DNA of 64,000 bases from Okamejei kenojei (taxonomy: Eukaryota), in NCBI GenBank assembly GCA_035221665.1, contig CM069164.1, forward strand, positions 14,260,001-14,324,000, written 5' to 3'. Position numbers and translations under genes: made by a program. This document shows positions 62,391-64,000 of the stretch, piece after piece. Every line of letters begins with the position of its first letter. Position 1 is the stretch's first letter. The notes under the pieces are model-generated. The model was not told the DNA's origin, searched no databases, and saw only the letters and a list, made by a program, of their open reading frames with translations.

Positions 62391-63894
62391 CAATGCCCTC
62401 CATAATATTTGGGACAAAGACCCATCATTTATTTATTTGCCTCTGTATTCCACAATTTGAGGTTTGTAATAGAAAAAAAAAATCACATGTGGTTAAAGTG
62501 CACATTATCAGATTTTAATAAAGGCCATTTTTATACATTTTGGTTTCACTATGTGGAAATTACAGCAGTGTTTATACATAGTCTCCCCAATTCAGGCCAC
62601 CACAATGTTTGGGGCACAGCAATGTCATGTAAATGAAAGTAGTCATGTTTAGTATTTTGTTGCATATCCTTTGCATGCCATGATGGGCATCTTCTCTGGT
62701 GCTGCTCTGCCAGGAATGCATTGCAGCCATCTTTAGCTTATGCTTGTTTTGGGGGCTAGTCCCCTTCAGTTTTCTCTTCAGCATTTAAAAGGCATGCTCA
62801 ATTGGGTTCAGATCGGGTGATTGACTTGACCACTCAAGAATTGACCATTTTTAGCTTTGACATTTTTCTTTGTTGCTTTGGCAATCTGTTTGGGATCATT
62901 GTCTTGCTGTAGAATGAACCGCCGGCCAATGGGTTTTGAGGCATTTGTTTGAACTTGAGCAGGTAGGATGTGTTATGCACTTCAGAATTCATTATGCTAC
63001 TATCATCAGCAGTTGTATCATCAATGAAGATGAGTGAGCCAGTACCTTCAGCAGCCATACATGCCCAGGCCATAACACCCCCACCACCGTTTCACAGATG
63101 AGGTGGTATGCTTTGGATCTTGGGCAGTTCCTTCTCTCCTCCATACTTTGCTCTTGCCATCATTCTGATATGTTAATCTTCGCCTCACCTGTTCACAAGA
63201 CCTTTTTTCCAGAACTGTGGTTGCTCTTTTAAGTACTTCTTGGCAAACTGTAACCTGGCCATCCTATTTTTGCGGCTAACCAGTGGTTTGGATCTTGCAA
63301 TGTAGCCTCTGCATTTCTGTTCATGAAGTCTTCTGCAGACCGTGGTCATTGACAAATCCACACCCGACTCCTGAAGAGTGTTTCTGATCTGTTGGGCAGG
63401 TGTTTGGGGATTTTTCTTTATTAAACAGAGAATTCTTCTGTCATCAGCTGTGGAGGTCTTCCTTGGCCTGCCAGTCCCTTTGCGATTAGTAAGCTCACCT
63501 GTGCTCTCTTTCTTCTTAAATATGTTCCAAACAGTTGATTTTGGTACGCCTAAGGTTTGGCTGATGCCTCTAACAGTTTTATTCTTGTTTCTCAGTCTCA
63601 CAATGGCTTCTTTGACTTTCATTGGCACAACTTTGGTCCTCATGTTGATAAACAGCAATAAACGTTTCCAAAAGTGATGGAAAGACTGGAGGAAAGACTA
63701 GGTGCTGAGAGCTCTTTTATACCTGCATTAAGGAGACGATTAAACACATCTGAGCAATTACAAACACCTGTGAAGCCATGTGTACCAAACATTATGGTAC
63801 TCTGAAATGGGGGGGACTATGTATAAACACTGCTGTAATTTCTACATGGCGAAGCCAAAATGCATAAAAATACCCTTTAATAAAATCTGACAAT
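62391..63894 (-). mobile_element. Decayed Tc1-family DNA transposon with long IR/DR-type inverted repeats
   Basis: TA then CAATGCCCTCC at 62389-62401. Left IR about 62391-62618; its inner part is mirrored at 63781-63894, and the outer right IR is missing. Transposase remnants: HTH/GRPRKT (63185..63643), VMAWACM, WSSQSPDLNPIEHAF followed by a stop. Frameshifted. Confidence 0.93.
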
Positions 63895-64000
63895 CTGAAA
63901 AATTAATTCTGTTCTTCTCTTCACAAATGCTTCCTGATCTGTTGAGCATTTCCAACATGTTCTGTTTTTGTATATAATGTTTTCCTCACAGTTAAACATT

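Noticed and set aside
821-63677. The many 60-200 aa ORFs in the track as stand-alone genes
   Set aside because: Eukaryotic intron/repeat DNA. Many use TTG/GTG starts, overlap repeats or lie antisense to real exons. Only the GPCR, the MORF4L1 exon pieces and the transposon remnants show recognisable homology.

Overview
Eukaryotic, intron-rich, repeat-rich DNA. The CR1/L2-type LINE tails, V-SINEs and Penelope fragments suggest a cartilaginous fish such as a skate or ray (inferred, not proven). Almost all entries in the ORF track are spurious or repeat-derived. Supported genes, all on the minus strand: (1) a complete 12-exon MORF4L1/MRG15 gene (CDS 44524 to 8318, 975 nt, 324 aa) rebuilt exon by exon, with one GC-AG intron; (2) a tRNA-Lys(CTT) gene at 50759-50831; (3) a single-coding-exon relaxin-3-receptor-like GPCR (58513-59601) with a near-consensus REST/RE1 site about 350 bp upstream. 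Mobile DNA includes a decayed Tc1 element, a hAT MITE with an 8-bp TSD, Penelope-like GIY-YIG fragments, Rex1/L2/CR1 LINE fragments and V-SINEs. Most notable: about 20 copies of a short Penelope-derived unit that begins with a minimal hammerhead-ribozyme motif, is sometimes flanked by its own target-site duplication and often forms head-to-head palindromes; an intronic promoter-like CpG island with a 64-bp inverted repeat just upstream of MORF4L1 exon 4; and candidate poison exons in intron 3. Repeat boundaries are approximate, and family names come from motif recognition without a database search.
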